Shown piece after piece: positions 41,118-50,639 of a stretch of DNA of 64,000 bases (position 1 is its first letter; every line of letters starts with the position of its first letter). This stretch comes from Actinomycetaceae bacterium (lineage in GTDB: Bacteria > Actinomycetota > Actinomycetes > Actinomycetales > Actinomycetaceae): positions 1,187 to 65,186 of the forward strand of contig JBDIAV010000004.1 in the NCBI GenBank assembly GCA_039812645.1, in the 5' to 3' direction. The notes below the pieces were generated by a model, which worked only from the letters and a program-made list of their open reading frames with translations, was not told where the DNA came from and made no database searches. The position numbers and the translations under genes are program-made.

Positions 41118-41770
41118 CAGTCCTCGATTCTGTCGGGGCGTTGGAACTGCTGGTAGACCTGAGAAAGTGTGGGGGCGAGGGCGGCGGCGACGTCGTCGAG
41201 CGAAGCATCAACACCCAACTCGGCAAGAGAGGTGACACCGGCATCCCTGATCCCACACGGAACAATGGTGCCAAATTTAGTGAGGTCGGTGGTGACATTC
41301 AGCGCGAGGCCGTGCATGGTGGCGTCGTCGGCGAATTTGATGCCGATGGCGCAGATCTTGCGGTTCATCTCGCCCGGACGCAGAATCCACACCCCGGAGT
41401 GGCCATCGACGGTGCCTGATTCAACGGCGAAGCTATTCCTCAGTCCCGTGATAACCGCCTGCTCGGTGGCTCGCACGAAGGCGACAACGTCTTTGGGCGC
41501 CTTCACTTTGATGATCGGGTACGTGACGAGTTGGCCGGGGCCGTGGTAGGTGACAGAGCCGCCGCGGTCCATGGGGATAACGGGGACGGTGGGGTCCGGG
41601 ATGTCCTCGGGTTTAGTGCGCCGGCCGGCTGTGTAGACGTCCCGTGCCTCCCACATGAGGAGGGTATCGGGGGCCGCGAGTCGTGCAACGCTCCCATGAA
41701 GTTGACGCTGAAGGGCGTCGACCTCCATGTAGTCCCTAGGACCAAGGTGTAAGAGGCTGTTGATATGCAC
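41117..41770 (-). CDS. lipB: Octanoyltransferase
   Basis: [26 protein letters not shown] and VPCG motifs. Overlaps the lipA start. Confidence 0.93.
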   Translation of the reverse strand: MHINSLLHLGPRDYMEVDALQRQLHGSVARLAAPDTLLMWEARDVYTAGRRTKPEDIPDPTVPVIPMDRGGSVTYHGPGQLVTYPIIKVKAPKDVVAFVRATEQAVITGLRNSFAVESGTVDGHSGVWILRPGEMNRKICAIGIKFADDATMHGLALNVTTDLTKFGTIVPCGIRDAGVTSLAELGVDASLDDVAAALAPTLSQVYQQFQRPDRIED

Positions 41771-42310
41771 TCCTTGAGCTTAGGGGATTCTGGGCGGCAA
41801 TGAGTGATAAAAACGCGATGCCAAGAGACGAGGGTCCTGAAAATATGGATAGCAGCCCTCGTATCACGTTCGATAGCAGCTGTAGTGCGTGATATGACGG
41901 TAGGGCGACGGCGGACTGGCCCACGGATGTGTTACCACTGTATTACGGCGAGCCTACTTAACGGTAACGTAAGTTTCTCCTCGTAAAGTACGAGTTCGAA
42001 GGTGGCGCGTGGCGTTATCGACAATGTTATGGTGCATCGGCTAACGTATGTGGTCTAGTAGACAATCTTGCAGGCGCCGCATGAGTAAGCGGAGCTATTG
42101 CGCGAGTTCTGGAGGGGACCGGTCAGGATCTGCGGCGACGTATTGTGCATTGAGAGAGCACCTGATTTCCGCGTGACGAACCTTGCCCCTATATTCATCT
42201 CTAGACTCTGTGCGCACGTGCGGTGAATAGCTATTGTCTGCGAGTGCTGCGCATGGGTGTGGAGCAATGTCGGTGCATGGCGGCGGGAGTACGACGGAAA
42301 TGAGAGACGT

Positions 42311-43318
42311 ATGTTGAGATATCTGTTCCGGCGATTGGCCAACTACTTTGTCTTACTAATAGCGGCAGTCTCCATGGCGTACATGCTCGCGGGTACTCAG
42401 CTTAATCCCCGTTCCATGCTTATTGAGCAAGAACTGACTAAGGGACAAAAGGTCAGCTACGAGGAAGTCGTAGCCTCGGTTGATACACGCCTCACCAAAT
42501 GGAACATCAACCCCGAAGACTCTGTGTTCACGAGATTTTGGACCTGGTTGCAGAACATCTTTCTGAGGTGGGACTGGGGGTACTCGCCGCGAGGTGAGAG
42601 CGTCACGGAGGAGATTGGGCGCCGTGCGATGGTGTCTCTTCAGCTCGTCGTACTTGGTTTCATTATCGGTATCTTGGTAGGTATTGCGTTGGGCGCTTGG
42701 ACCGCGATGCGGCAGTACACAGCGTCCGATCGTGTAGCAACGGCAATTTCTATCATTGTGTTGTCCACGCCAACGGTTGTTATTGCCGTATTCCTACAGA
42801 TTGGTGTCACGAAGCTCAATCAAGAGTTGGGGTTCCAACTCATCAACTTTGTGGGGCAACGATCGGCTATCCAACCGGACGGCATGCTCCCTCAATTGCT
42901 CGATCGGCTCAACCATCTCATTCTCCCCACTATCTCGATGTCACTCGGAGGGATTGCTCAGTACTCGCGTTACCAGCGCAATCTCATGCTGGACACTCTT
43001 GGGGCTGATTATGTACGTACCGCCCGGGCTAAGGGGCTTCGCTACGGAAAAGCTGTGCGCAAGCACGCGTTGCGCACCTCACTTATCCCGATGACCACCT
43101 TCACCGCGTTCGGTATGACCACCCTGGTACTGGGTGCGGCGATGACGGAGCAGGTGTTCGGCTGGCAAGGCATGGGTATTTACTCGATTAATACAATTTC
43201 CGGGCAAGACATCAACGGAACTGTTGCGGTAGTGGCGTTCTCCGGAGTGATGATTCTGGCGGGTGCGTTGCTATCAGATATTCTCGTGGCCGTCATTGAC
43301 CCGAGAGTGAGGGCGTAA
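42311..43318 (+). CDS. oppB: Peptide ABC transporter permease
   Basis: DYVRTARAKGL EAA motif and EQVFGWQGMG. Start at ATG 42311. Confidence 0.9.
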   Translation: MLRYLFRRLANYFVLLIAAVSMAYMLAGTQLNPRSMLIEQELTKGQKVSYEEVVASVDTRLTKWNINPEDSVFTRFWTWLQNIFLRWDWGYSPRGESVTEEIGRRAMVSLQLVVLGFIIGILVGIALGAWTAMRQYTASDRVATAISIIVLSTPTVVIAVFLQIGVTKLNQELGFQLINFVGQRSAIQPDGMLPQLLDRLNHLILPTISMSLGGIAQYSRYQRNLMLDTLGADYVRTARAKGLRYGKAVRKHALRTSLIPMTTFTAFGMTTLVLGAAMTEQVFGWQGMGIYSINTISGQDINGTVAVVAFSGVMILAGALLSDILVAVIDPRVRA

Positions 43319-44235
43319 TGGCTACTTCAAAGAAGACTGAGCAAGCTGTGAGCAAGCCAGCCGGCGCCAAGCGCCTGACACGCAGGCAACTAATCTTGCG
43401 GAGGTTCCTACGTAACCGTTCGGCTGTGGTAGGCCTCATCTTTTTCGCGGTTATCGTGTTTGTTGCTCTTTTTGGAAATTCCCTCAACCAATGGGGATAC
43501 ACGTCAATCGATCCGGGCAAGTACCTGAGGGCTCCGGACGCCGTGCACTGGTTCGGAACGAATAAACAGGGCCGCGACGTCTTCGCTATGACGGTCGAGG
43601 GCCTTCGTAAGTCGATCGTGATCGGCCTGGCTGTGGCGGCTATACAGACGAGCATCGCCGCAATTGTAGGAGCCACGGCCGGATACTTCGGTGGCTGGGT
43701 GGATAAGGTCGAGACCTGGGTTATCGATCTTCTCCTGGTTATTCCGTCGTTCCTCCTCATCGCCATCGTCTCCCAGAAGTTCTCTGGAGATACTTCCTCG
43801 ACTCTCCTGTTCATTGCCCTGCTGTCAATCTTCAGCTGGATGATGACGGCGCGTGTAGTGCGCTCGTTGACGTTGTCCCTCAAGGAGCTGGACTACGTGA
43901 CCGCGGCAAAATACATGTCCGTGCCGTCACTGACGATCATCACCCGCCATATTCTTCCGAACATCTCCTCGTTGCTCATCGTGGACTTCACGCTGGCTGT
44001 GGTGTCCGCAGTGCTTTCCGAGACGTCCCTCTCCTACTTTGGGTTTGGAATCAAAGACCCGCAGGTTTCGTTGGGATCCCTCATTGCCGCAGGCCAGCCC
44101 TCAGCACTCACGTATCCATGGCTTTTCGTTCCGCCGGCTCTTGTGCTGGTAGCACTGCTTGCTTCGATTAACTTCATCGGTGATGGTCTCCGAGATGCCT
44201 TGGACCCCTCATCGCAGTCAGGAGGAAAGGCATGA
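43318..44235 (+). CDS. oppC: Peptide ABC transporter permease
   Basis: HWFGTNKQGRD, DYVTAAKYM and HILPN motifs. Confidence 0.9.
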   Translation: MATSKKTEQAVSKPAGAKRLTRRQLILRRFLRNRSAVVGLIFFAVIVFVALFGNSLNQWGYTSIDPGKYLRAPDAVHWFGTNKQGRDVFAMTVEGLRKSIVIGLAVAAIQTSIAAIVGATAGYFGGWVDKVETWVIDLLLVIPSFLLIAIVSQKFSGDTSSTLLFIALLSIFSWMMTARVVRSLTLSLKELDYVTAAKYMSVPSLTIITRHILPNISSLLIVDFTLAVVSAVLSETSLSYFGFGIKDPQVSLGSLIAAGQPSALTYPWLFVPPALVLVALLASINFIGDGLRDALDPSSQSGGKA

Positions 44236-46349
44236 GCCGCAAGAACCACATCGAGTTCGAATCCGCAGATCTTCCCAATCCCGCGAGCGGACACCCACTC
44301 CTTGAGGTGAAGGATCTCAACGTTACCTTCCCATCTGAGGATGGCCGCGTTCATGCGGTGCGTGGAGTGAACTTCACTCTCAACCGCGGCGAGATCCTCG
44401 GCCTTGTGGGTGAGTCTGGTTCTGGAAAGTCCGTTACCTCCATGTCCATTATGGGATTGCTGGACAAGTCGGCCACCGTTGAGGGCTCTGTCAAGCTATA
44501 TGGCACTGAGCTCGTGGGGCGCTCCGATGCCTATATGTCTCACGTCCGCGGCGGCCAAATTGGCATGGTGTTCCAGGACCCACTCTCCGCTCTCACTCCC
44601 GTATACACCATCGGGGATCAGATCATTGAGGCCCTCGAAGTGCACCAGAACATGAAGCCCGCTGAGGCTTCGGCGCGTGCGCTTGAGTTGCTTAAGATTG
44701 TGGGAATCCCCAATGCTGACATCCGTATTAAGAATTTTCCGCACGAGTTCTCAGGTGGTATGCGCCAGCGCGTCATGATCGCCATGGCGATTGCCAACAA
44801 TCCGGACCTCATTATTGCGGATGAACCGACGACGGCACTCGATGTGACGATTCAGGCGCAGATCCTCGACGTGTTGCGCACAGCGCAGAAAGAGACAGAC
44901 GCCGGAGTCATCATGATTACCCATGATTTGGGAGTCATTGCTGGCATCGCTGACCGTGTAGCGGTGATGTATGCCGGGCGAGTTGTGGAGCAGGGCGATG
45001 TTAACGACATCTTCTACCACACCGCCATGCCCTACACCATTGGACTTCTGGGATCGCTTCCACGCCTCGATGAGCGCAAGGAAACAGCTCTGGCATCAGT
45101 GGAAGGCAATCCTCCCTCCATGTTGATCGAGCCGACAGGTTGCCCCTTTGCCGCGCGTTGTCCGATTGTTAAGGACGAGTGCCTCAATGGAGAACCGGCT
45201 CTGGAGCGAACCACGGAGTCAAACCATTCTGCGGCCTGTGTACGCGCCAAGGAGATTCGCCAGGGTAACCTTCATTTCTCGGATATTTATCCCGCTCCGA
45301 AGGCGGTTGCACCGCCTTTTGCCGGAGTTGACCGTTTTGATCGAAAAGAAGTCCTACGCATCAGTGGTGTGAAGAAGTCCTTCCCGTTGATGAAGGGTGC
45401 TGTATTCAAGCGGCAAGTGGGCTGGGTACATGCGGTCGATGGCATCTCGCTGGACATCCGAGAGGGAGAAACTCTCGGCCTTGTGGGCGAGTCTGGCTGC
45501 GGCAAGACCACCACGCTCATGCAGGTACTGGACCTTGTGCCGCCGCAGGAGGGCACCGTCGTCGTCATGGGTGAATCCGTGGCGGAGATGTCGAAGAAAG
45601 ATCGCCGTCGCGTTCGAGGAGAGATGCAGATTGTCTTCCAGGACCCAATGGCGTCGCTTGACCCGCGTATGCCGATTTTTGACATCATCGCGGAGCCGCT
45701 CAAACATAACGGCTGGCCAAAGCAGGATATCTCTCGTCGCGTTGAAGAGTTAATGTCCTTGGTGGGCCTTGAACCCGCACACGCTAACCGCTATCCACGC
45801 CACTTCTCAGGCGGACAGAAGCAGCGTGTGGGTATCGCTCGTGCTTTGGCATTGGAACCCAAGCTGTTGATCTTGGACGAGCCGGTTGCCGCATTGGATG
45901 TGTCTATCCAAGCGGGTGTTATTAATCTGCTCGACGAACTGCGCTCTACCCTTAAGCTCTCGTATCTGTTCGTGGCCCATGATCTTTCCGTCATCCGCCA
46001 CATCGCTGATCGGGTGGCCGTCATGTATCTCGGCAAGATTGTGGAAACCGGCGATGTTGACTCGGTGTTTGAAGCGCCGCGTCATCCATACACACAGGCA
46101 TTGCTTTCCGCGATCCCCATCCCGGATCCGGAAAAGGAACGTAGCAGGCACCGAGTGATTCTTAAGGGCGATCTTCCATCACCCGCGAATCCTCCCAAGG
46201 GTTGTCGATTTGTGACACGCTGCCCCGTCTACGAGGGCCTCAACGCGGAGGAGAAGAAGCGTTGTGAGGGTAGCCATCCTGACCTCGTGAGTGAAGCGAA
46301 AGACCATGACGTAGCCTGCTATTACCCTCGGGTCCTGCAGATCATCTAG
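44232..46349 (+). CDS. oppD: Peptide ABC transporter, fused double ATPase (OppD-OppF)
   Basis: Two Walker A motifs (GESGSGKS, GESGCGKT), two FSGG signatures and C-terminal CPF/CRF oligo_HPY motifs. Confidence 0.92.
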   Translation: MSRKNHIEFESADLPNPASGHPLLEVKDLNVTFPSEDGRVHAVRGVNFTLNRGEILGLVGESGSGKSVTSMSIMGLLDKSATVEGSVKLYGTELVGRSDAYMSHVRGGQIGMVFQDPLSALTPVYTIGDQIIEALEVHQNMKPAEASARALELLKIVGIPNADIRIKNFPHEFSGGMRQRVMIAMAIANNPDLIIADEPTTALDVTIQAQILDVLRTAQKETDAGVIMITHDLGVIAGIADRVAVMYAGRVVEQGDVNDIFYHTAMPYTIGLLGSLPRLDERKETALASVEGNPPSMLIEPTGCPFAARCPIVKDECLNGEPALERTTESNHSAACVRAKEIRQGNLHFSDIYPAPKAVAPPFAGVDRFDRKEVLRISGVKKSFPLMKGAVFKRQVGWVHAVDGISLDIREGETLGLVGESGCGKTTTLMQVLDLVPPQEGTVVVMGESVAEMSKKDRRRVRGEMQIVFQDPMASLDPRMPIFDIIAEPLKHNGWPKQDISRRVEELMSLVGLEPAHANRYPRHFSGGQKQRVGIARALALEPKLLILDEPVAALDVSIQAGVINLLDELRSTLKLSYLFVAHDLSVIRHIADRVAVMYLGKIVETGDVDSVFEAPRHPYTQALLSAIPIPDPEKERSRHRVILKGDLPSPANPPKGCRFVTRCPVYEGLNAEEKKRCEGSHPDLVSEAKDHDVACYYPRVLQII

Positions 46350-46501
46350 ATACAACTGACTTCTCGTGAAGGTTATCAATGGAACTACCAGGACCAACGA
46401 TGACCTAGTGAGCTACTTCTATATATGTAGGATGGGTCACAACACCACGAAACGATCCCATTAGCCATCCGGGCATGGGTGAACACGGAGGGAACATACA
46501 T

Positions 46502-48196
46502 ATGCGAACAACAAAGCATATTCGTAGGGCGGGTATGGCCTTGATGGCTGTTGCTGCCCTTGCGCTGAGCGGATGCTCAAATAGTAGCGACGGCAATTCA
46601 GACGGCGCTTCGTCCACCTCGCAGGAGCTACCCGGCTCGGATTACGCTAAGGCGGATCGTGATGCTGTGCAGGATGGCGGTACTCTCCGCCTGGCTATCA
46701 CCGCTATTCCGACCAGCTGGAACGGTGACAGTGCTCTCGGCAACAATGTTGATCTCAACACCTTTATGGCTCCCTACATCCGTCCCCTTAATTGGATCTA
46801 CGGAGAGGACGCTTCCTTCGAGCCGAACCCGGCTTATGTCACGGACTACACCATGTCCGACGATGGCTTGGACCTGACGATCAACCTCAACGAGAAGGCT
46901 GTGTGGAACGACGGTACACCGATCACCGTTGATGACTACATTGCGACGTGGAAGGCCAGCAACGGCACCCAGGAGGGCTACGAGGCTGCTTCCACCGATG
47001 GCTGGACCCAGATCTCCAGCATTGAGGCTGGTGACTCTGAGTTCCAGGTAAAGGTGAAGTTCTCCGAGGCTTATCCCGATTGGTCTGCCAACTTCTCCAC
47101 TGTCTCTCACGCAGCTGGCCTTGCAGATGCCAAGACCTTCAATGAGGGTTGGAGCGATGGAATGGCGGTTGTGGACTGGTTCACTGGTCCGTTCAAGGTA
47201 ACCGACATTGATCAGTCAGCCAAGCTTGTCACACTGGAGAAGAACCCGAACTGGTGGGGCGACGAGCCTAAGCTGGACAAGGTCACCTTCAAGGCACTTG
47301 AGACTGCGGCGATGGCACAGGCCTTTGCCAATAACGAGCTCGATGTTGTCGACATGATCATTGATGCCGATACGTACCAGCTCGTTCAGAAGCGCTCCGA
47401 CGCGAAGCTCTACATGTCGACCTCCGTGCAGTGGCGCCATTTCACCTTCAATTCTCGCGCGGGTGCGCTGAGTGACAAGGCGCTGCGACAAGCCATCCAG
47501 AAGGGCATCAACACCGCTGATATTACGGCGTCTGACCTTGCTGGTTTGCCGACCGCCGAGATGGATATGCACCTTGGTAACCACTTCTTCATGCCAAACC
47601 AGGAAGGCTATGAAGATAATGCTCCTGCTTTTGATTTAGAAGGCGCCAAGAAGGATATCGAAGCTCTCGGTTACACCATGAACGAGACCTCCGGCTACTA
47701 CGAGAAGGACGGCAAGGAGCTTGCCTTCAAGTACCTTCGCCTGCCTGATACCCCGACCTCCGCTAACGAGGGAGCAATGCTTCAGAACCAGATGAAGGAC
47801 CTCGGCGTGAAGATCACATTCGATGACACTACGTCTGAGGACTTCTTCACCCGCATCACCGCTGGTGAGTTCGAGATCGTTTCCTTCTCTTGGCAGGGTA
47901 CTCCGTACGCCATGGCCAACGTTGGTCAGATTTACGGCACTCCTGGTAGCAACTCCAACTTCTCCGGTGTCTCTGACCCCGAGATTGATGAGTACATTAA
48001 GAAGATTGCTACTGAGACTGATCGCGACGAGCGGATCAAGTTGACCAACGAAGTGGATAAGGTCATTTGGGACAACGTCATGACCCTTCCGTTGTACTAC
48101 CGCGCGAACATCACCGCTGTTCCGGCGAACCTTGTGAACTACGGCGCCACCGCGTTTGAGTCGTTCCCGGCTGAGAACATCGGCTTCGCCAAGTAA
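46502..48196 (+). CDS. oppA: Peptide ABC transporter substrate-binding lipoprotein (family 5)
   Basis: Lipobox LSGC, WNDGTPITVDD, TGPFKV, NPNWWG and ALRQAI motifs. Confidence 0.92.
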   Translation: MRTTKHIRRAGMALMAVAALALSGCSNSSDGNSDGASSTSQELPGSDYAKADRDAVQDGGTLRLAITAIPTSWNGDSALGNNVDLNTFMAPYIRPLNWIYGEDASFEPNPAYVTDYTMSDDGLDLTINLNEKAVWNDGTPITVDDYIATWKASNGTQEGYEAASTDGWTQISSIEAGDSEFQVKVKFSEAYPDWSANFSTVSHAAGLADAKTFNEGWSDGMAVVDWFTGPFKVTDIDQSAKLVTLEKNPNWWGDEPKLDKVTFKALETAAMAQAFANNELDVVDMIIDADTYQLVQKRSDAKLYMSTSVQWRHFTFNSRAGALSDKALRQAIQKGINTADITASDLAGLPTAEMDMHLGNHFFMPNQEGYEDNAPAFDLEGAKKDIEALGYTMNETSGYYEKDGKELAFKYLRLPDTPTSANEGAMLQNQMKDLGVKITFDDTTSEDFFTRITAGEFEIVSFSWQGTPYAMANVGQIYGTPGSNSNFSGVSDPEIDEYIKKIATETDRDERIKLTNEVDKVIWDNVMTLPLYYRANITAVPANLVNYGATAFESFPAENIGFAK

Positions 48197-48232
48197 TAAC
48201 GGTTGCCTCCCACAAAAGTGGTTAGCAAACTG

Positions 48233-48274
48233 AGGAGGGGTGAACTCGGCTCGAAAGCCGAGTTCACCCCTCCT
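48233..48274. terminator. Bidirectional terminator
   Basis: AGGAGGGGTGAACTCGGCT-CGAA-AGCCGAGTTCACCCCTCCT, 19-bp stem. Confidence 0.8.
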
Positions 48275-48294
48275 TTGCGCCTGTGGGCAGCTAG

Positions 48295-48891
48295 CTAGAA
48301 TGCCACAAGTATGGCGGCGAGAGCCGTCAACACGGCGATTGCGCCCAAAGGAATGAGATGTACCGTCATCACGGTAATATTTTTGTCTGTTCCACCAGGC
48401 CTTTCGGCTCGCAACTCTTCCATGCGCATCTCAATGATGGTCGCGGCCCTGCCCGCCGTCACTTTGAGATTCTCAATCCCTGAATGCTCATCCCACACGA
48501 CTGCCTTTTCTACACGTGGTTTCGAGAATGAGTCGCTTACTCCAGCTCGTCCCGGGATTGCCCACACGTGGATGGGTTTATGCTCTTGCGGCGTCACCTG
48601 CAACCCCCATTTACCCGAGGTAGATTCCACTGCTTCCCATGGAACTGTGAAAGTGCGTGACGGATTGATAATGGTGACGCCTTCATCGTTCAAAATGACC
48701 CGGGGATTCCAGTAGCACAACCAACCAACCAGGGCGAGAATGGCTGCGACGAGAGCTGTTGCAACAAATGCACGGACACCGTAGCCGAAGCTGCTGATGA
48801 TCGCGACCCCGGCGAGTACCCATAGAAGATACGCGTAAAGGCGTGTTGCGGGGCCTCGGAGGATGTAGGTGGCAGTGTTCATGACTCCCAT
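48295..48891 (-). CDS. Membrane protein with a bacterial PH domain
   Basis: Two TMs, then PRVILNDEGVTIINPSRTFTVPWEAV and a C-terminal TM. Start is 48891 or 48882. Confidence 0.75.
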   Translation of the reverse strand: MGVMNTATYILRGPATRLYAYLLWVLAGVAIISSFGYGVRAFVATALVAAILALVGWLCYWNPRVILNDEGVTIINPSRTFTVPWEAVESTSGKWGLQVTPQEHKPIHVWAIPGRAGVSDSFSKPRVEKAVVWDEHSGIENLKVTAGRAATIIEMRMEELRAERPGGTDKNITVMTVHLIPLGAIAVLTALAAILVAF

Positions 48892-48951
48892 TCTCGCACT
48901 CCGGCGGGTCCTCCTTTCGCGACCAAGTAACGCATGGCTCACACCGCGAAA

Positions 48952-50217
48952 CTACTGAGCGCCGGACTCCCACAGTGCGGCGATTGGTACGGCGATGTTC
49001 TTGGGGCCAAATGCCAGAGTCTCGGTTCCCGTGTACAGTACGACGCCAGCCACGAGATCGTCACCCAGCCGGGTGGCCAGATGATTGATGCCGCGGAAAT
49101 CGTCGGGGTGGACCGTCGATGAAGCCTTGATGTCAAAGGCGACGACCCCTCCACGCCGGTCCTCCAGAACGATGTCTACCTCCACCTTGTCCTTGGTTCG
49201 ATAGTGGAACATCTCCGCGCGCGTCTGCGACCACGTGAGCTGGCGAGCCAGTTCCATCGAGACAAAGCTTTCAAGAATGCCGCCAAAAGGTGAATCCGGC
49301 CTGGCAAGACCACGTATATCCTGCCCCAAGAGGTTTGCCGCGATTCCGGAATCAACGAAACATACCTTGGGAGTGGATGTCGCCCGAGAACTTAGATTGC
49401 GCGACCATGCAGGAACGCGCTTGATGAGGAACACTTCCTCCAAGAGGCCGAGATAACGATCAATTGTTGGTCTCGTTAACCCCAGATCGCCAGTTAGGGA
49501 ACCTGGTACCAACAGCCCACCGGTCTGCGCCGCTAGAAGGCGAACAAGGGTACGCATCTGAGGGCCACGTTCAATCTCCGACAGCTGGATGACGTCCCGG
49601 TTGATGATGTCCGATATGTAGTTGTCGAAGAACGCCTCACGGCGGCGGCCCCGCCTTGCGACAGCCTCGGGAAACCCGCCTCGTATGACCCGATCAATGT
49701 ATCCATGCCGGTCCTCAGTGCTGCGATGCCGAAATTTGGGACCAAGCTCAAAAATGGCATCAATGAATCCGTCACTGGTCCCGTCAATTTCTCCCTGCGA
49801 AAGCGGCCAGAGTTCTATCGTCTCCGCTCTTCCAGGTAGAAGGTCTGGGACTCCTCGCATTCCCAGTAGGCGAGCGGAGCCCGTCAACAAGAACTGTCCG
49901 GGGCGCTGGTCCTCGTCTACGACGCTCTTGATCGCGAGAAGTAGCTCCGGAACGCGCTGAATCTCGTCAATAACGAGCATTCCTGATTCCCTCACGAAGG
50001 TTTCTGGATCGAACTCGGCCGCTTGCCTAACAGCTGCTTGGTCCAGATCGCGCAGGATAGCGTCCTGACCTGATGTCACTTGACGAACCAAAGTACTCTT
50101 CCCACACTGGCGCGCTCCGACAATCAGCACAACACGCGTGTCTTCCAAAGCCTCTTCTATCGCATTCTGACTGTGGCGTGGGAGAAACCTTCCGAGGGGA
50201 GTTTGTGTAGCATTCAT
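48952..50217 (-). CDS. AAA+ ATPase (AAA_14) with wHTH and C-terminal DUF4143 / PD-(D/E)XK-like domain
   Basis: GARQCGKST, VIDEIQR, FLLTGSA, GRAETIELWPLSQGE, GGFPE, TIDRYLGLLEEVFLI, PKVCFVDSG and HYRTKDKVEVDIV...DIKAS motifs. Confidence 0.9.
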   Translation of the reverse strand: MNATQTPLGRFLPRHSQNAIEEALEDTRVVLIVGARQCGKSTLVRQVTSGQDAILRDLDQAAVRQAAEFDPETFVRESGMLVIDEIQRVPELLLAIKSVVDEDQRPGQFLLTGSARLLGMRGVPDLLPGRAETIELWPLSQGEIDGTSDGFIDAIFELGPKFRHRSTEDRHGYIDRVIRGGFPEAVARRGRRREAFFDNYISDIINRDVIQLSEIERGPQMRTLVRLLAAQTGGLLVPGSLTGDLGLTRPTIDRYLGLLEEVFLIKRVPAWSRNLSSRATSTPKVCFVDSGIAANLLGQDIRGLARPDSPFGGILESFVSMELARQLTWSQTRAEMFHYRTKDKVEVDIVLEDRRGGVVAFDIKASSTVHPDDFRGINHLATRLGDDLVAGVVLYTGTETLAFGPKNIAVPIAALWESGAQ

Positions 50218-50240
50218 AAGGAAATTATCGCATCGATATT

Positions 50241-50321
50241 CGTTTGGTCGCTCGGTTGCTTTTCATTTAGTCGCTAGTTACGTGAGCGTTTGGTCGCTAG
50301 GCTTCCTTTCGTTTGGTCGCT
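50241..50321. repeat. Four 12-bp direct repeats at an exact 23-bp period (iteron/operator-like)
   Basis: CGTTTGGTCGCT at 50241, 50287 and 50310, and CATTTAGTCGCT at 50264. The intervening 11-mers differ. Confidence 0.88.
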
Positions 50322-50384
50322 ATTCATCCACGTGCATTCACTCCGTCAGCACGAACCTGCGGAACCCTGAACTTACGGATTCAT

Positions 50385-50457
50385 TTCCTGTGTGGCCTCG
50401 AGAGCGATGTCTCACGCCGAATACGGCATGGTGTGTCGCTGAGAGGCCACACAGGAA
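50385..50457. other. 73-nt inverted repeat with nested stems
   Basis: Perfect 15-bp arms TTCCTGTGTGGCCTC / GAGGCCACACAGGAA enclosing AGCGAT/GTCGCT and GCCG-AATA-CGGC stems. Confidence 0.65.
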
Positions 50458-50639
50458 TTGGAACTCTCGTTCATCCCGTGCAATTGTCGCATCTCACGCT
50501 TTCCGGAGGTTCTCCGAGGCCCGCCACGCGCGTAAACTTGCCACTTGCGGCGCATGAGCGCCCGTGCAAAGGAGCGCCTCAGGACAGTTTGCGCTTGGAT
50601 TGCGCTTGCGTGGGGTGCGAGACCCCTAGGAATTCATCT

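Noticed and set aside
41620-41670. LipB lacking the usual EH motif ([10 protein letters not shown]) as a sign of inactivation
   Set aside because: The catalytic Lys (RKICAIG) and Cys (PCG) and the other motifs are intact, and the gene is coupled to lipA.
41771-42310. ncRNA or nitrogen-regulator (GlnR) box in the 540-bp lipB-opp intergenic region
   Set aside because: No recognisable Rfam-like structure, and GTAAC/GAAAC half-sites lack the required spacing.
50241-50321. The phased repeats as a mini-CRISPR array
   Set aside because: 12-bp repeats with 11-bp spacers are far too short, the repeat is not palindromic and no cas genes are present. Kept as an operator/iteron-like array instead.
50345-50595. 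TPP or glycine riboswitch in the typA leader (GAACCTG, CTGAGAGG, CGCCGAA, CTCAGG fragments)
   Set aside because: The motifs occur in the wrong order or without the required helices, and the downstream gene context does not fit.
50313-50639. N-terminal extensions in the ORF track (typA, mvaD, 27249-28433 dehydrogenase, dapC, acyl-CoA synthetase, ROK)
   Set aside because: Family homology begins at downstream starts that have an RBS or leaderless -10. The extensions are open frames through intergenic or antisense DNA.
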